DNA from: Bdellovibrionota bacterium
Lineage (GTDB): Bacteria; Bdellovibrionota; UBA1018; CAIPTA01
Reading direction: 5' to 3'
NCBI GenBank assembly: GCA_036559405.1
Contig: DATBTF010000051.1
Coordinates: 1-57,078 of the forward strand
DNA: 57,078 bases
The first letter of the stretch is position 1; each line of letters starts with the position of its first letter. The position numbers and the translations under genes are program-made. Below the pieces are notes generated by a model. It was not told where the DNA came from. It made no database searches and saw only the letters and a list, made by a program, of their open reading frames with translations. Positions 26,870 through 36,163 of this stretch are shown here, piece after piece.

Positions 26870-27751
26870 ATGAAGGCAGGACTCACTGTCAGGAAACTAG
26901 GGCGGGTCAGCCGCCTAAAGGCCCGGCGCCCTCTTCGCGCGCTTCGCAACTTCAACGCAGTTCGCGTCCTGAAGAAAAACAAGTTCCCGCTCCACACCTT
27001 CAAGCCGAAGATTCAGGTATACCAAAGCACTGATAAGTTCATCCTGAAGACTGCGGAATCGCCCTTCGAGCTGCGCCAGGTGCTCAAGCTCCGCCACGAA
27101 ATTTTTTACAAAGAGCTGCAGTCGCGCTCTCACAGCACCAAACTCGATTTCGATGAGTTCGACTCCATCTGCGATCATCTCATCATCATCGACCGCAAGA
27201 CGCGCAAGATCCTCGGCACCTACCGGCTGATCTCGTCCCTCTATTCCGAACGCTTTTACTCCCAGGGCGAGTTCAACCTCACGGGAGTGCTGGAGCTTCC
27301 CGGCAACAAGCTCGAGCTAGGCCGCGCCTGCATCGCCCAGGAGTTTCGTACCGGCACCATCATCAACCTCCTGTGGAAGGGCATCGCTGAGTATATTTCG
27401 AAGACCAAGAGTGAGTATCTCTTCGGCTGTGCCAGTGTGCAGACCGTGGACGCTGTGGTGGCCAGCCGTCTGCTCGCCCTCCTGCGCGACAAAGAGCTCG
27501 TAGTAGAGGGCCTGGGCGTGCATCCTACCGAGGCCTACCAGTGCAAGCTTCCGCGGGTAGCCGCGGACGAAAGCCTGCAGAAGGAAATTCCCGCTCTGAT
27601 CCAGAGCTACATCCTCGCGGGCGCGAAATTCTACGGCGAACCAGCGCTCGATGTGGATTTCCACTGCTTCGACTTCTTCATGATGCTGAAGGTCTCGGAG
27701 ATGAGCCGGCTGTTCCGCAGGCGCTATAAGCTCGACGAAAGCATCGGCTGA
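26870..27751 (+). CDS. GNAT-fold N-acyltransferase (OlsB / 'putative hemolysin' N-acyl amino-acid synthase family)
   Basis: ATG after GGAGAGGAG. LRHEIFYKEL, DHLIIID, LGTYRL, ELGRACI and PALIQSYILAGAKF family pattern. Basic N-terminal extension of about 45 aa. Confidence 0.7.
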   Translation: MKAGLTVRKLGRVSRLKARRPLRALRNFNAVRVLKKNKFPLHTFKPKIQVYQSTDKFILKTAESPFELRQVLKLRHEIFYKELQSRSHSTKLDFDEFDSICDHLIIIDRKTRKILGTYRLISSLYSERFYSQGEFNLTGVLELPGNKLELGRACIAQEFRTGTIINLLWKGIAEYISKTKSEYLFGCASVQTVDAVVASRLLALLRDKELVVEGLGVHPTEAYQCKLPRVAADESLQKEIPALIQSYILAGAKFYGEPALDVDFHCFDFFMMLKVSEMSRLFRRRYKLDESIG

Positions 27752-27752
27752 G

Positions 27753-28514
27753 CTAGCCGAGAAAGCGCAGCGTTTCTCCCATCACGCGCTCCCATTCAGA
27801 CTTGCCAATGGAAGCCGAGTCGATCACGAGATGATGGTATTTCCGCCTCCGCTCGCAGCCGTTCGCGCTGAGCTCGCGGAAACTCCAGTTCCGCTTTTCC
27901 TCGGAAAGCTTCTTTACCGCCGGCATATTCACCAGCTCGTCCTGCGGATCGCCCCAGATCAGGGCAGGAGCGATGTCTTCGCGGCCCTCGCCCTGCTTCC
28001 AGCGGTGAAAAAAATCGTCCAGGGCCAGCACGCAACGCAAACCGGAAACCTCATTGGCGGCGTAGCCGTCGGGGATCCAGGAACGGAATTGCAGATCGGG
28101 TATCAGGCGCGCTAGCTTGATCCCGATCGGATACCAGGCGCGAGTAGCGAGGGCGGGCGCGAAGTAAACCCGTTTTGCGAATGGCAGCTCGGCGCTCAGC
28201 ACCTGAAAGACAAGTGCGCTGAAAGAATAGGCCACCAGATAAAGAGGAACTCCGAGTTTCTTCGCCTTCCCTTGCGCGAGCGAGTGGATGCGCGAGGCGT
28301 CCTCTTGCCAATCATGGGCGCGGATCTGCAGGTGCCGGTCACCATCTCCGCTATGTCCGGTGAACGCAGCGCGGAGCGCGCCGAAGCCGGCTTTCGCGAA
28401 CTTCGCCGCCATCTCGTCCATTCGTTCCGGATGGAGATTGAGGCCGTGCGTGACCACGACCACACCCCTGGCCTTTCCTTGGGCCGGAAACCACTGCGCA
28501 GACTCATTTAACAT
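27753..28514 (-). CDS. alpha/beta hydrolase (lysophospholipase-like)
   Basis: VVVVTHGLNLH oxyanion region, nucleophile elbow VAYSFSA, about 250 aa. Confidence 0.7.
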   Translation of the reverse strand: MLNESAQWFPAQGKARGVVVVTHGLNLHPERMDEMAAKFAKAGFGALRAAFTGHSGDGDRHLQIRAHDWQEDASRIHSLAQGKAKKLGVPLYLVAYSFSALVFQVLSAELPFAKRVYFAPALATRAWYPIGIKLARLIPDLQFRSWIPDGYAANEVSGLRCVLALDDFFHRWKQGEGREDIAPALIWGDPQDELVNMPAVKKLSEEKRNWSFRELSANGCERRRKYHHLVIDSASIGKSEWERVMGETLRFLG

Positions 28515-28592
28515 GGTGCATAAATATCATTTAAGCCAATGAATTGCCGAAATAAAAAGATTTTCAATCCCCTATTAGGCCCTTGCCAATTC

Positions 28593-28620
28593 TTGCTCCG
28601 CGACGAAGCAATGCTATCAT
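28593..28620 (+). promoter_or_regulatory. candidate sigma70-type promoter for the murF leader
   Basis: TTGCTC - 16 nt - TATCAT. Confidence 0.3.
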
Positions 28621-28648
28621 AAAGGTAGGAGCTAGACGCTTCTAGAAA

Positions 28649-28786
28649 GGGGGTGGTCACCGGCATGTATAGCAGTAGTAACAGAATGAAGGTGACCCTC
28701 CTCTTCGGGGTGGAATTGTAGTCCCTGAAGAGGAACGGTCGCTAGACGTTCTTTCGGCCGCAGGATCAGCGAGGTGAACCACCCCC
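28649..28786 (+). promoter_or_regulatory. helix-closed structured RNA element in the murF leader (unassigned class)
   Basis: GGGGGTGGTCACC (28649..28661) pairs with GGTGAACCACCCCC (28773..28786): 13 bp with one bulge. Internal 12-bp hairpin 28699..28710/28723..28734. Alternative pairing is GGTCACC 28655 with GGTGACC 28691. Direct repeat GCTAGACG(C)TTCT at 28631 and 28741. Confidence 0.35.
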
Positions 28787-28835
28787 TGTGAATGCGGCCT
28801 CTTCTTTGTCCCCTCTCTCCTGTACAATTCTTCTG

Positions 28836-30215
28836 ATGAAGTTCCTGAACACCGGCTGGGTGGCGTGCGCACTTGGATTGCCCGAGCCGAAAGAGACCGC
28901 TTCGCTCACTCAAATCAGCTCGGACACGCGCAGCCTGCAGAAGGGCGCGCTCTTCGTGGCGCTGAAAAGCGAATCAGCCGACGGGCACGAGTTCGCGGCC
29001 AAAGCCAAGGAAGCGGGCGCCACTGCCCTCGTGCACCGCAGAGGTTTCAACTGTCCACCCGGCATGGTTTCGTTTCCTGTCGACGACACGCTCACCGCCT
29101 GGCGCTCACTCGCCGCCGCCTGGAGGCGCGAGTTCACCCTGCCCGTGGCCGTCGTGGCCGGCAGCGCGGGAAAAACAACTTCCAAGGAGCTGCTCGCCGC
29201 CCTCTTTCGCGGCAAGTGGAAGAACGTGCTGCATACCGAGGCCTCCCAAAACGGCTTTCAGGGAGTTCCCGCCACCCTCCTGCGTATCCGCCCCGAACAT
29301 GAGGCGGCCGTGATCGAGGTGGGCATCGACGAGCCCGGCTCGATGATCCAGCACCTGGAGCTCGTTGCACCTGATGCGGGGCTTTTGACGTCGATCGGCC
29401 CCGAGCATCTGGAGAAGCTCGGCGACGTGGATACGGTGGAAAAAGAGGAAGGCGTTTTGTTCTCCGTGCTGGGAATCCGCGGCGGGCTCGCCGCCGTGAA
29501 CCTCGATGATGCCCGCATCGCCAACCAGGCCAGGCAGATCAGTGATTCTCAGCGCGTGGACTACAGCCTCAAGGGCCCCGCGCACGTACGCGGCAACCTC
29601 ACGGTGAGCGGAAACGGCGAGCTCTGGCTCGACGTGGAGGGTGTGAGCCCGAAAAAAGAGAGATTTCGTGTTCCCATGGAAGGCGCGCACAATGCGCTCA
29701 ACCTGCTAGGCGCACTCACCCTCGCCCACGGCCTCGGCCTCACCATCACCGAGCTTTACAAAGGGCTGGTCACCTTCACTCCCCCGCCCGGCCGCTCGGA
29801 AGTTCACCAGTGGAAGGGCTGCAAGGTGCTCGCCGATACCTACAACGCAAACCCCACCTCGGTGGAGGCCGCGCTCGAGACTCTTTTCGGCGCAGACGAC
29901 AGCGAGGGCGAAACCTGGGTATGCCTGGGCGATATGCTCGAGCTCGGCACCCTGGAAGAGCGCCTGCACCGTGGTCTGGCAGACCCCATCCTCAAGCACG
30001 GGGTGCGGAATGTTTTCCTCTTTGGCCCGCGAATGAAAAAGCTTGAAGATGAACTGAGAGGCCGGAAGTTCCAGGGCACGCTGGCGCACTTCGATTCCCA
30101 GGAGAAAATGGCGGAGCGGATCCGGTCCGCCGCCAAGTCGGGCGACCGCATCCTCATCAAAGGCTCGCGAGGCATGAAGATGGAAAACGTCTGGAAGGCC
30201 CTGCAAAGCGGTTGA
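28836..30215 (+). CDS. murF: UDP-N-acetylmuramoyl-tripeptide--D-alanyl-D-alanine ligase
   Basis: SSDTRSLQKGALFVALK, VAGSAGKTTSKE P-loop, Mur ligase middle and C-terminal domains. ATG 28836 chosen by N-terminal length; GTG 28788 is the alternative. Confidence 0.85.
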   Translation: MKFLNTGWVACALGLPEPKETASLTQISSDTRSLQKGALFVALKSESADGHEFAAKAKEAGATALVHRRGFNCPPGMVSFPVDDTLTAWRSLAAAWRREFTLPVAVVAGSAGKTTSKELLAALFRGKWKNVLHTEASQNGFQGVPATLLRIRPEHEAAVIEVGIDEPGSMIQHLELVAPDAGLLTSIGPEHLEKLGDVDTVEKEEGVLFSVLGIRGGLAAVNLDDARIANQARQISDSQRVDYSLKGPAHVRGNLTVSGNGELWLDVEGVSPKKERFRVPMEGAHNALNLLGALTLAHGLGLTITELYKGLVTFTPPPGRSEVHQWKGCKVLADTYNANPTSVEAALETLFGADDSEGETWVCLGDMLELGTLEERLHRGLADPILKHGVRNVFLFGPRMKKLEDELRGRKFQGTLAHFDSQEKMAERIRSAAKSGDRILIKGSRGMKMENVWKALQSG

Positions 30216-30270
30216 CGCGCCGCTTTATCCCCTGGATTAGTGCGTACCCGTTTGCTAAGACTTAGTCCCT

Positions 30271-30993
30271 ATGGGTGCACAGTGGAAAGTAGCCAATAAA
30301 TCAGCCAAGAGCGCCGTGACCGGCGCCATCTTCTCCAAGCTCGCCAAAGAAATTTCCGTGGCGGCCAAAATGGGCGGACCCGACCCCGCCAGCAACTCGC
30401 GCCTGCGCGCCGCTGTGGAAGCTGCAAAAAAACAGAGCATGCCTCGCGACACCATCGAGCGAAATATAAAAAAAGGCGCCGGCCTGCTCGATGAAAAGGT
30501 GACCTACGAGACCATCACCTTCGAAGGCTTCGCGCCCCACAAAGTTCCCGTGATTGTGGAGTGTCTCACCGACAATAAAAACCGCACCAATTCCGACATC
30601 CGCGTGCTCTTCCGCAAAGCACAGCTCGGCAATTCCGGCGCCGTGGCCTGGATGTTCGACCGCGTGGGATTGATCGAAGCCACGCATGCCGACGCCAAAG
30701 ACGCTGAGGAGGCCGCGATCGAGGCCGGAGCGCAGAACGTGGATGTGACTCCTTCCGCGGATCTCGACAAAGATGCCAAAGCAGGCGCCGTTTTTTATAC
30801 GGAAATCGCCGACCTCAATGCCGTCTCCAACGCACTCACGGCCGCCGGCTGGAAGGTGACCACCTCCGAGCTCGGCTTCAAGGCCAAGAACAACGTGGAC
30901 CTCGGCGGCGACCAGCTCAAAGAGGTGCATGAATTCCTGCAGTCGATCGACGACAACGACGACGTCCACCGGGTATACGCGGCCTTAGCATGA
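30271..30993 (+). CDS. yebC: YebC/PmpR-family transcriptional regulator
   Basis: WKVANKSAKSAVTGAIFSKLAKEISVAAKMGGPDPASNSRLR..., the family-typical N-terminus; 240 aa. Confidence 0.9.
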   Translation: MGAQWKVANKSAKSAVTGAIFSKLAKEISVAAKMGGPDPASNSRLRAAVEAAKKQSMPRDTIERNIKKGAGLLDEKVTYETITFEGFAPHKVPVIVECLTDNKNRTNSDIRVLFRKAQLGNSGAVAWMFDRVGLIEATHADAKDAEEAAIEAGAQNVDVTPSADLDKDAKAGAVFYTEIADLNAVSNALTAAGWKVTTSELGFKAKNNVDLGGDQLKEVHEFLQSIDDNDDVHRVYAALA

Positions 30994-31697
30994 GAATTTT
31001 CCTTTCCCTTCTTGTTCTTGTTTTGTTGAACGCCTGCTCCCACCAGAAAGTGCAGCCTCCGCCCCAAGACGCCCCCGCCCCTGCTGAAAACGAAGGCGTG
31101 CATGCGCTAACGGCCGAACAGGTGCGCCAGCTGCAGAAGGCGCAGGGCTTGAGAGAAGAGGGCATGCGGTATCTGTATTCCAAAGACCCGCGCGTGAAGG
31201 ACGCCAAGAAAGCTTTCGCCAAATTACTCGAAGCCGCCGAGCTCGGCGACCCGCTCGCGATGGATAGCGTGGGCGGGATGTATAGCGCGGGCGTGGGCGG
31301 CGCGGAACGTTCGTGCGCCAAGGCAATGGAGTGGTTCGAGCGGGCCACCGCCTCCGGCTATCCGCTCGCCGCCAACAACCTCGCTTATCTATACGTGACC
31401 TGCGACAACAAAAAGCTGCGTGACCCGGCGAAGGCCGAGACCATCCTCAAGATGATGTTCGCCACCAACCCGAGCATGATCGCCGTGCTCGACACCTACG
31501 CCGCGCTCCTGGCCGAGCAAACCGACTTCCCGAACGCCGCCAACACCATGAAGGTGGTGATCGACCTGCAGGAGTTCATCGATTCCAACCCGCAGCGCAT
31601 CGACGAGAGCAAGCAGGCGCTTGCGCTCTACCTGAAGAAGCGCAAGCTCAAGGCGGGCTTCGACACAAAGCCCGAAATCGACAGGCCGGTGAACTGA
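30990..31697 (+). CDS. Sel1-repeat lipoprotein
   Basis: Lipobox LVLVLLNAC. Sel1-like repeats (AAELGDPLAMDSVGGMYSAGVG, ATASGYPLAANNLAYLY). Confidence 0.7.
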   Translation: MRIFLSLLVLVLLNACSHQKVQPPPQDAPAPAENEGVHALTAEQVRQLQKAQGLREEGMRYLYSKDPRVKDAKKAFAKLLEAAELGDPLAMDSVGGMYSAGVGGAERSCAKAMEWFERATASGYPLAANNLAYLYVTCDNKKLRDPAKAETILKMMFATNPSMIAVLDTYAALLAEQTDFPNAANTMKVVIDLQEFIDSNPQRIDESKQALALYLKKRKLKAGFDTKPEIDRPVN

Positions 31698-32278
31698 TGG
31701 CCCCCAGAGCGCAAAGAACCCAGTGCTGTGGAGTGGTGGTGGACGTGCAGGAATTCTTCCTGTGTGAACTCGATCCCTCCCGCAGAAAAAGCATCGAGGC
31801 CGGCACCGAGGCTCTTTCGCGCCTGCTGGGGGTGCTGAAAGCGCCGCTGCTTTTCACCCTGGAGCGTCCCGTTCCGGTGAAGGGCGCACTCCCCACCGGG
31901 CTCGCGAAAATCGCCGAAGAGTTCTCCGCCTCAGTGATGGAGAAGGACTATTTCGACCTTACAAAAGAAGGCGCCATCTCCACCCACCTCAGGCAGGTGG
32001 GAAAGAAGCAGGTCATCCTTGCCGGCTGCGAAACGGACGTCTGCATCCTCCAGAGCTGCCTGGGCCTGCTCGACCAGGGCTACGAGGTGTTCGTGGTGGA
32101 AGATCTGCTGTTCTCATCTACTGAGAACGTGGGATCCGCGATCGAACGGATGAAAACCGCAGGGGCGATCTTTGTAACCTTCAAGACGTTGTTCCATGAG
32201 CTGATGCAGGCCGTGGAAGGCAGCCCGCTGCGGGCGACGCTGCTTCCTAAAGAACTGTCGGCCTTCGAATTCGACTAA
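31697..32278 (+). CDS. isochorismatase-family cysteine hydrolase
   Basis: VVVDVQEFF and VILAGCETDVCILQS (catalytic Cys). TGATG overlap with the upstream gene. Confidence 0.75.
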   Translation: MAPRAQRTQCCGVVVDVQEFFLCELDPSRRKSIEAGTEALSRLLGVLKAPLLFTLERPVPVKGALPTGLAKIAEEFSASVMEKDYFDLTKEGAISTHLRQVGKKQVILAGCETDVCILQSCLGLLDQGYEVFVVEDLLFSSTENVGSAIERMKTAGAIFVTFKTLFHELMQAVEGSPLRATLLPKELSAFEFD

Positions 32279-34155
32279 ATCTCCACCTGGATTCCCACCT
32301 CGATCACCTGATCGGGCGGAATCTGGAAGAAGGCCGTGGCCCGCTGGGCATTGCGGAGCATGAAGGCGAACACTTTCTCGCGCCAGATCACCATGCCCGG
32401 ATGATGCGAAGGCAGAATCGTTTCCCTGCCGAGAAAGAACGTAATGTCTTCAAAGTTGTACGTGAATCCCTGCTTCTTCGCCGAATCGAGGATCTCGAAA
32501 ATACTCGGCGTCTGCATGAATCCGTAGTTCGCCACGATCCGGAAGAAATTCGGCGCGAGGCTCGCTACTTGAGTGCGATCGCGGGCGCGCACGTAAGGCT
32601 CGTCGGTGGTGGTGATCGTCAGAAGGGCCACCTGCTCGTGCAAGATCTTATTGTGCTTGAGATTGTGCAGGAGAGCGGGCGGCGTGCTCTCGATATCGCT
32701 GGTCATGAATATTGCGATGCCGGGAACGTGCATCGGCTGCTGGCGTTCCACGTCGCGCACAAAGTCGAAAATCGGAGTCGCGTTCCGGCGCAGGCGGGCG
32801 GCCACGATCGCACGGCCGCGCTGCCAGGTTGCCATAAGGAAGTAGGCCACCGCTCCGATGAAGAGAGGGAACCAGCCGCCATCGGGGATTTTGTGCAGGT
32901 TCGCGCCGAGGAAGGCGAGGTCGACGAGCAGGAACACAAAGAGCACGGCAAGGGCATGGATCCGCCCCCAGCCCCAGTTCCGGCGAGCCACGAAATAAGC
33001 CAGCACCGTGGTGGTGACCATCGTGGCTGTTACCGCGAGGCCGTACGCGCCGGCCAGGTTCGAAGAGGTTTTGAAGGTGGCCACCAGCCAGATCGTCGCG
33101 ATCAGCAGCATCCAGTTCATCATGGGAACGTAGATCTGTCCGATCTCGTCTTTCGAGGTATGGGTGATCGAGAGACGCGGGATGTAGCCGAGCTGGATTG
33201 CCTGGCGCGTGAGCGAAAAAACTCCGGAAATCAATGCCTGGGAAGCGATCACGGTGGCGATGGTCGATAGGAAAACCAGCGGCAGCAGCGCCCAGCCCGG
33301 CGCCATCAGGTAGAAGGGGTTCTGGATCGCCTTCGGATCCGAAAGGAGGAGCGCGCCCTGCCCCAGGTAATTCAGCAGCAGACCGGGGAGAACCACGGTG
33401 AACCAGGCGAAGCGGATGGGACTGCGGCCGAAGTGTCCCATGTCGGCATAGAGGGCCTCGCCTCCCGTAACCACGAGGAAAACCGAGCCAAGCACGAAGA
33501 AGCCGGTGCCGCCGTTCTCTTCGAAAAACTTCACGGCATATCGGGGATCGATCGCCCACAGAACCTGGGGCGCCTCGATGATCCAGGAAATTCCCAGCGC
33601 GGCCAGCACCACAAACCAGAGGATGATCACCGGTCCGAAAAGCACGCCGATCCTGGCCGTGCCTTGCTGTTGCAGCCCAAAGAGCGCCACGAGAATCGCG
33701 ATCGTGATCGGGATCACATACGGGCTGAACAGGGGCGTCGCCACCTCGAGACCTTCGACGGCAGAAAGCACGGAGATGGCGGGGGTGATCATTCCATCCC
33801 CGAACAGGAGAGCGGCGCCGAATACGCCGAGGGGAATCACATAGCGCACGCGGTCGGAGGCCCGCCGCTGGCGGTGCGGGGCCACGAGCGCGATCAGCGC
33901 GAGAATGCCACCCTCGCCCTTGTTGTCGGCCCGCATGATGAACGAAATATATTTAATCGAGATCACCACGATGAGCGACCAGAAAATCAGCGAGAGCACT
34001 CCGAGGATGTTCACGCTATTAAGCTCAAGGTTGTGGGAATGGTGGAAGCACTCGCGCATGGCGTAGAGCGGGCTGGTGCCGATATCGCCGTAGACGATCC
34101 CGAGGGCGCCGAGAACGAGGAGCCAGAAATTGCTTTGCTGCTTGGTTCCCTGCAT
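32275..34155 (-). CDS. kup: KUP/HAK/KT potassium uptake protein
   Basis: LGALGIVYGDIGTSPLY and GGEALYADMGHFG. ATG 34155 chosen by alignment of N-terminal length with Kup. Confidence 0.9.
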   Translation of the reverse strand: MQGTKQQSNFWLLVLGALGIVYGDIGTSPLYAMRECFHHSHNLELNSVNILGVLSLIFWSLIVVISIKYISFIMRADNKGEGGILALIALVAPHRQRRASDRVRYVIPLGVFGAALLFGDGMITPAISVLSAVEGLEVATPLFSPYVIPITIAILVALFGLQQQGTARIGVLFGPVIILWFVVLAALGISWIIEAPQVLWAIDPRYAVKFFEENGGTGFFVLGSVFLVVTGGEALYADMGHFGRSPIRFAWFTVVLPGLLLNYLGQGALLLSDPKAIQNPFYLMAPGWALLPLVFLSTIATVIASQALISGVFSLTRQAIQLGYIPRLSITHTSKDEIGQIYVPMMNWMLLIATIWLVATFKTSSNLAGAYGLAVTATMVTTTVLAYFVARRNWGWGRIHALAVLFVFLLVDLAFLGANLHKIPDGGWFPLFIGAVAYFLMATWQRGRAIVAARLRRNATPIFDFVRDVERQQPMHVPGIAIFMTSDIESTPPALLHNLKHNKILHEQVALLTITTTDEPYVRARDRTQVASLAPNFFRIVANYGFMQTPSIFEILDSAKKQGFTYNFEDITFFLGRETILPSHHPGMVIWREKVFAFMLRNAQRATAFFQIPPDQVIEVGIQVEI

Positions 34156-34252
34156 GAAGTGCCTTGAAATATAACATTTTTGCCGCTGCTTTCGCCTGGA
34201 TTCTGTCGACGACAAAGACCGTAATGCATTGCATTAATGACCTCGTTTGAGT

Positions 34253-34390
34253 TTCGGTGGGGGCGGTGCTACCCCTAAAGCGTTCAGGCCGAGGGAACTC
34301 CGGTGAAAGTCCGGGGCTGTGCCGCAACGGTAAGCGTCTCCAGGAGACGCAAGCCCGATCGCTCGCTGAACGCAACGATCCCGAGCAGGA
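34253..34390 (+). promoter_or_regulatory. cobalamin (B12) riboswitch
   Basis: Core GAGGGAACUCCGGUGAAAGUCCGGGGCUGUGCCGCAACGGUAAGCG matches the conserved GGGAA..GGUGNAANUCC..GC.G.CCGCAAC.GUAA core. It lies directly upstream of a BtuB-like receptor, with the SD AGGAGG at its 3' end. Confidence 0.75.
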
Positions 34391-34396
34391 GGTGCC

Positions 34397-36163
34397 ATGC
34401 GTGTTCTGATTTTTCTTCCCCTACTGCTTTCCCATCCGGTATCCGCCGACGACAAAATCCTCGTCACCGCCACGAGGAGCGAAGCCTCCGAGTCGGATCT
34501 GCCTTTTTCCCTGAGCAGCATCGAGGGCGACCGCTGGGAGGCGGCGGGTGGCCAGGCGGAAAAAGCGCTGAGCACCGTGCCGGGCCTGGCCTTCGCCGCT
34601 AATGGTGCCTCCGGGCAAACACGATCCCTCTTCATCCGCGGCGCCAAGGCCGAGCATACTCTGGTGCTGGTGGATGGCATCCCCGTGAACGACCCTCTCT
34701 CCCCCTCCCGCTCCTTCGACTTCGCGCAGATCCCCGTGAGTGAGATCGAGCGCGTGGAGATCATCAAGGGCCCGCAAAGCGTGCTCTATGGCAGCGACGC
34801 CATGGGGGGCGTGGTACAGATCTTCACCAAGCGAAGCCGGGGCAGCCGGCTTCGCTTCGAAGGTGGGTCCTACAGCACCGGCCAGGCCCAGGTATCGGCC
34901 ATGGGTTTCCGCGGAGGGTATTTCGAAACCAAAGGTTTCTCTGCCGCTGATGAGCATGAAGGCAATGGCGAGCGCGACGGCCACCGGATGTGGAATATCG
35001 GAGGCAAGAAAAGTTTCGCCATGGGCGAAACTTTTCTTATGAACCTGAATGCCCAGTACGCCGACAGCCGCACCGATACCGACAGGAACGGCGGCCTCAG
35101 GGGCGACAGCAGCGGCACCTTCGCGCGCAACCGCCAGCTTCTCCTGCGCGAGGAAAACGTGGCGATCCTGCCCGGTGAGGCCGAGCTCACGGTGGCCGGA
35201 TCACTCGCGAATCGCGAGCGCGACGACAACACCAACGGCGCCGATTTTTACCAGTCCACCCTCTGGAAAGCCGAAAGCGTGCTCCGAAAACCGAAGCTCG
35301 GCAACCACTCGCTCACGGCCGGCCTGGAGTATGGCGAAGAAAGCGGGCGTTCGTCCCAGACCACGGGCGGGCTGCGCCGCTTCCGCATGGGCGCGGTCTT
35401 CCTGCAGGACCAGCTCGTGGCGGGACGCTTCCATGGCAACCTGGGCGCGCGCTTTGACCTCCATAGCGAGCACGGCAACGCGCAGACTTACCGCTCCGGC
35501 CTCGGCTACTGGATCCAGCCCGAACGGATGCGGGTGAAAGCGTCGGTGGGAACCGGCTTCAAGGCGCCGAGCCTCTACCAGACGTACTCGAGATACGGTT
35601 CCACCAACCTCAACCCCGAGCGCAGCCTCGGCGCCGACTTGGGCGCGGAGCTGAAGGGCGGAAGCTGGCTCACCGAGCTCACCCTTTTCGGAAACCGCTT
35701 CCGCGATATGATCGACTACAACCTCGTATCAAACCGCTACTTCAATCAGGCGAAGGCCGAAACTTTCGGGCTCGAGTGGCAGCTGGAAAAACGCTGGGGC
35801 GGCTTCCGCATCGCAAACGCCGCCACCTGGATGCGCGCCTATGATGCGAACACCAGCCTGCCCCTGATGAGGCGTCCCAAGTTCACCGACACACTCGAGT
35901 CGGGTTTTTCCAGAGAAAAACACTGGGGAGTGAACCTTCTGGCCCGCTATGTGGGTACCCGCGACGACTCCCATCCCGTGCTCTTCACCCGCCAGCCGAT
36001 GCCCGCCTTCTGGACGCTCGGCGCGGACGGGTATAAATTCCTGGCGGAAGGCCTGCGCCTGACGGCCCGGGGAGAAAACCTCCTCAACCGGCGCTACCAG
36101 GAGACGAGCGGCTATGGCGTGCCGGCGCTCTCGGCCTATGTGGGATTGGAGACGGATCTGTGA
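34397..36163 (+). CDS. btuB: TonB-dependent receptor, BtuB-like
   Basis: TonB box DKILVTATR. Plug FIRGAKAEHTLVLVDGIPVND, IEIIKGPQSVLYGSDAMGGVVQI. C-terminal barrel ending ...YVGLETDL. Confidence 0.85.
   Translation: MRVLIFLPLLLSHPVSADDKILVTATRSEASESDLPFSLSSIEGDRWEAAGGQAEKALSTVPGLAFAANGASGQTRSLFIRGAKAEHTLVLVDGIPVNDPLSPSRSFDFAQIPVSEIERVEIIKGPQSVLYGSDAMGGVVQIFTKRSRGSRLRFEGGSYSTGQAQVSAMGFRGGYFETKGFSAADEHEGNGERDGHRMWNIGGKKSFAMGETFLMNLNAQYADSRTDTDRNGGLRGDSSGTFARNRQLLLREENVAILPGEAELTVAGSLANRERDDNTNGADFYQSTLWKAESVLRKPKLGNHSLTAGLEYGEESGRSSQTTGGLRRFRMGAVFLQDQLVAGRFHGNLGARFDLHSEHGNAQTYRSGLGYWIQPERMRVKASVGTGFKAPSLYQTYSRYGSTNLNPERSLGADLGAELKGGSWLTELTLFGNRFRDMIDYNLVSNRYFNQAKAETFGLEWQLEKRWGGFRIANAATWMRAYDANTSLPLMRRPKFTDTLESGFSREKHWGVNLLARYVGTRDDSHPVLFTRQPMPAFWTLGADGYKFLAEGLRLTARGENLLNRRYQETSGYGVPALSAYVGLETDL

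Noticed and set aside
28665-28721. 18-codon uORF (MYSSSNRMKVTLLFGVEL) inside the murF leader element
   Set aside because: The SD spacing is long (about 12 nt) and there is no obvious attenuation logic. It is mentioned within the leader finding but not annotated as a gene.
28649-28786. Possibility that the helix-closed element is SRP (4.5S) RNA, 6S RNA or a tRNA-like gene
   Set aside because: It lacks the conserved SRP domain-IV GGAA/AGCA motif, is too short and lacks the central bubble expected for 6S RNA, and has no cloverleaf. Its position and orientation fit a cis-acting murF leader better.
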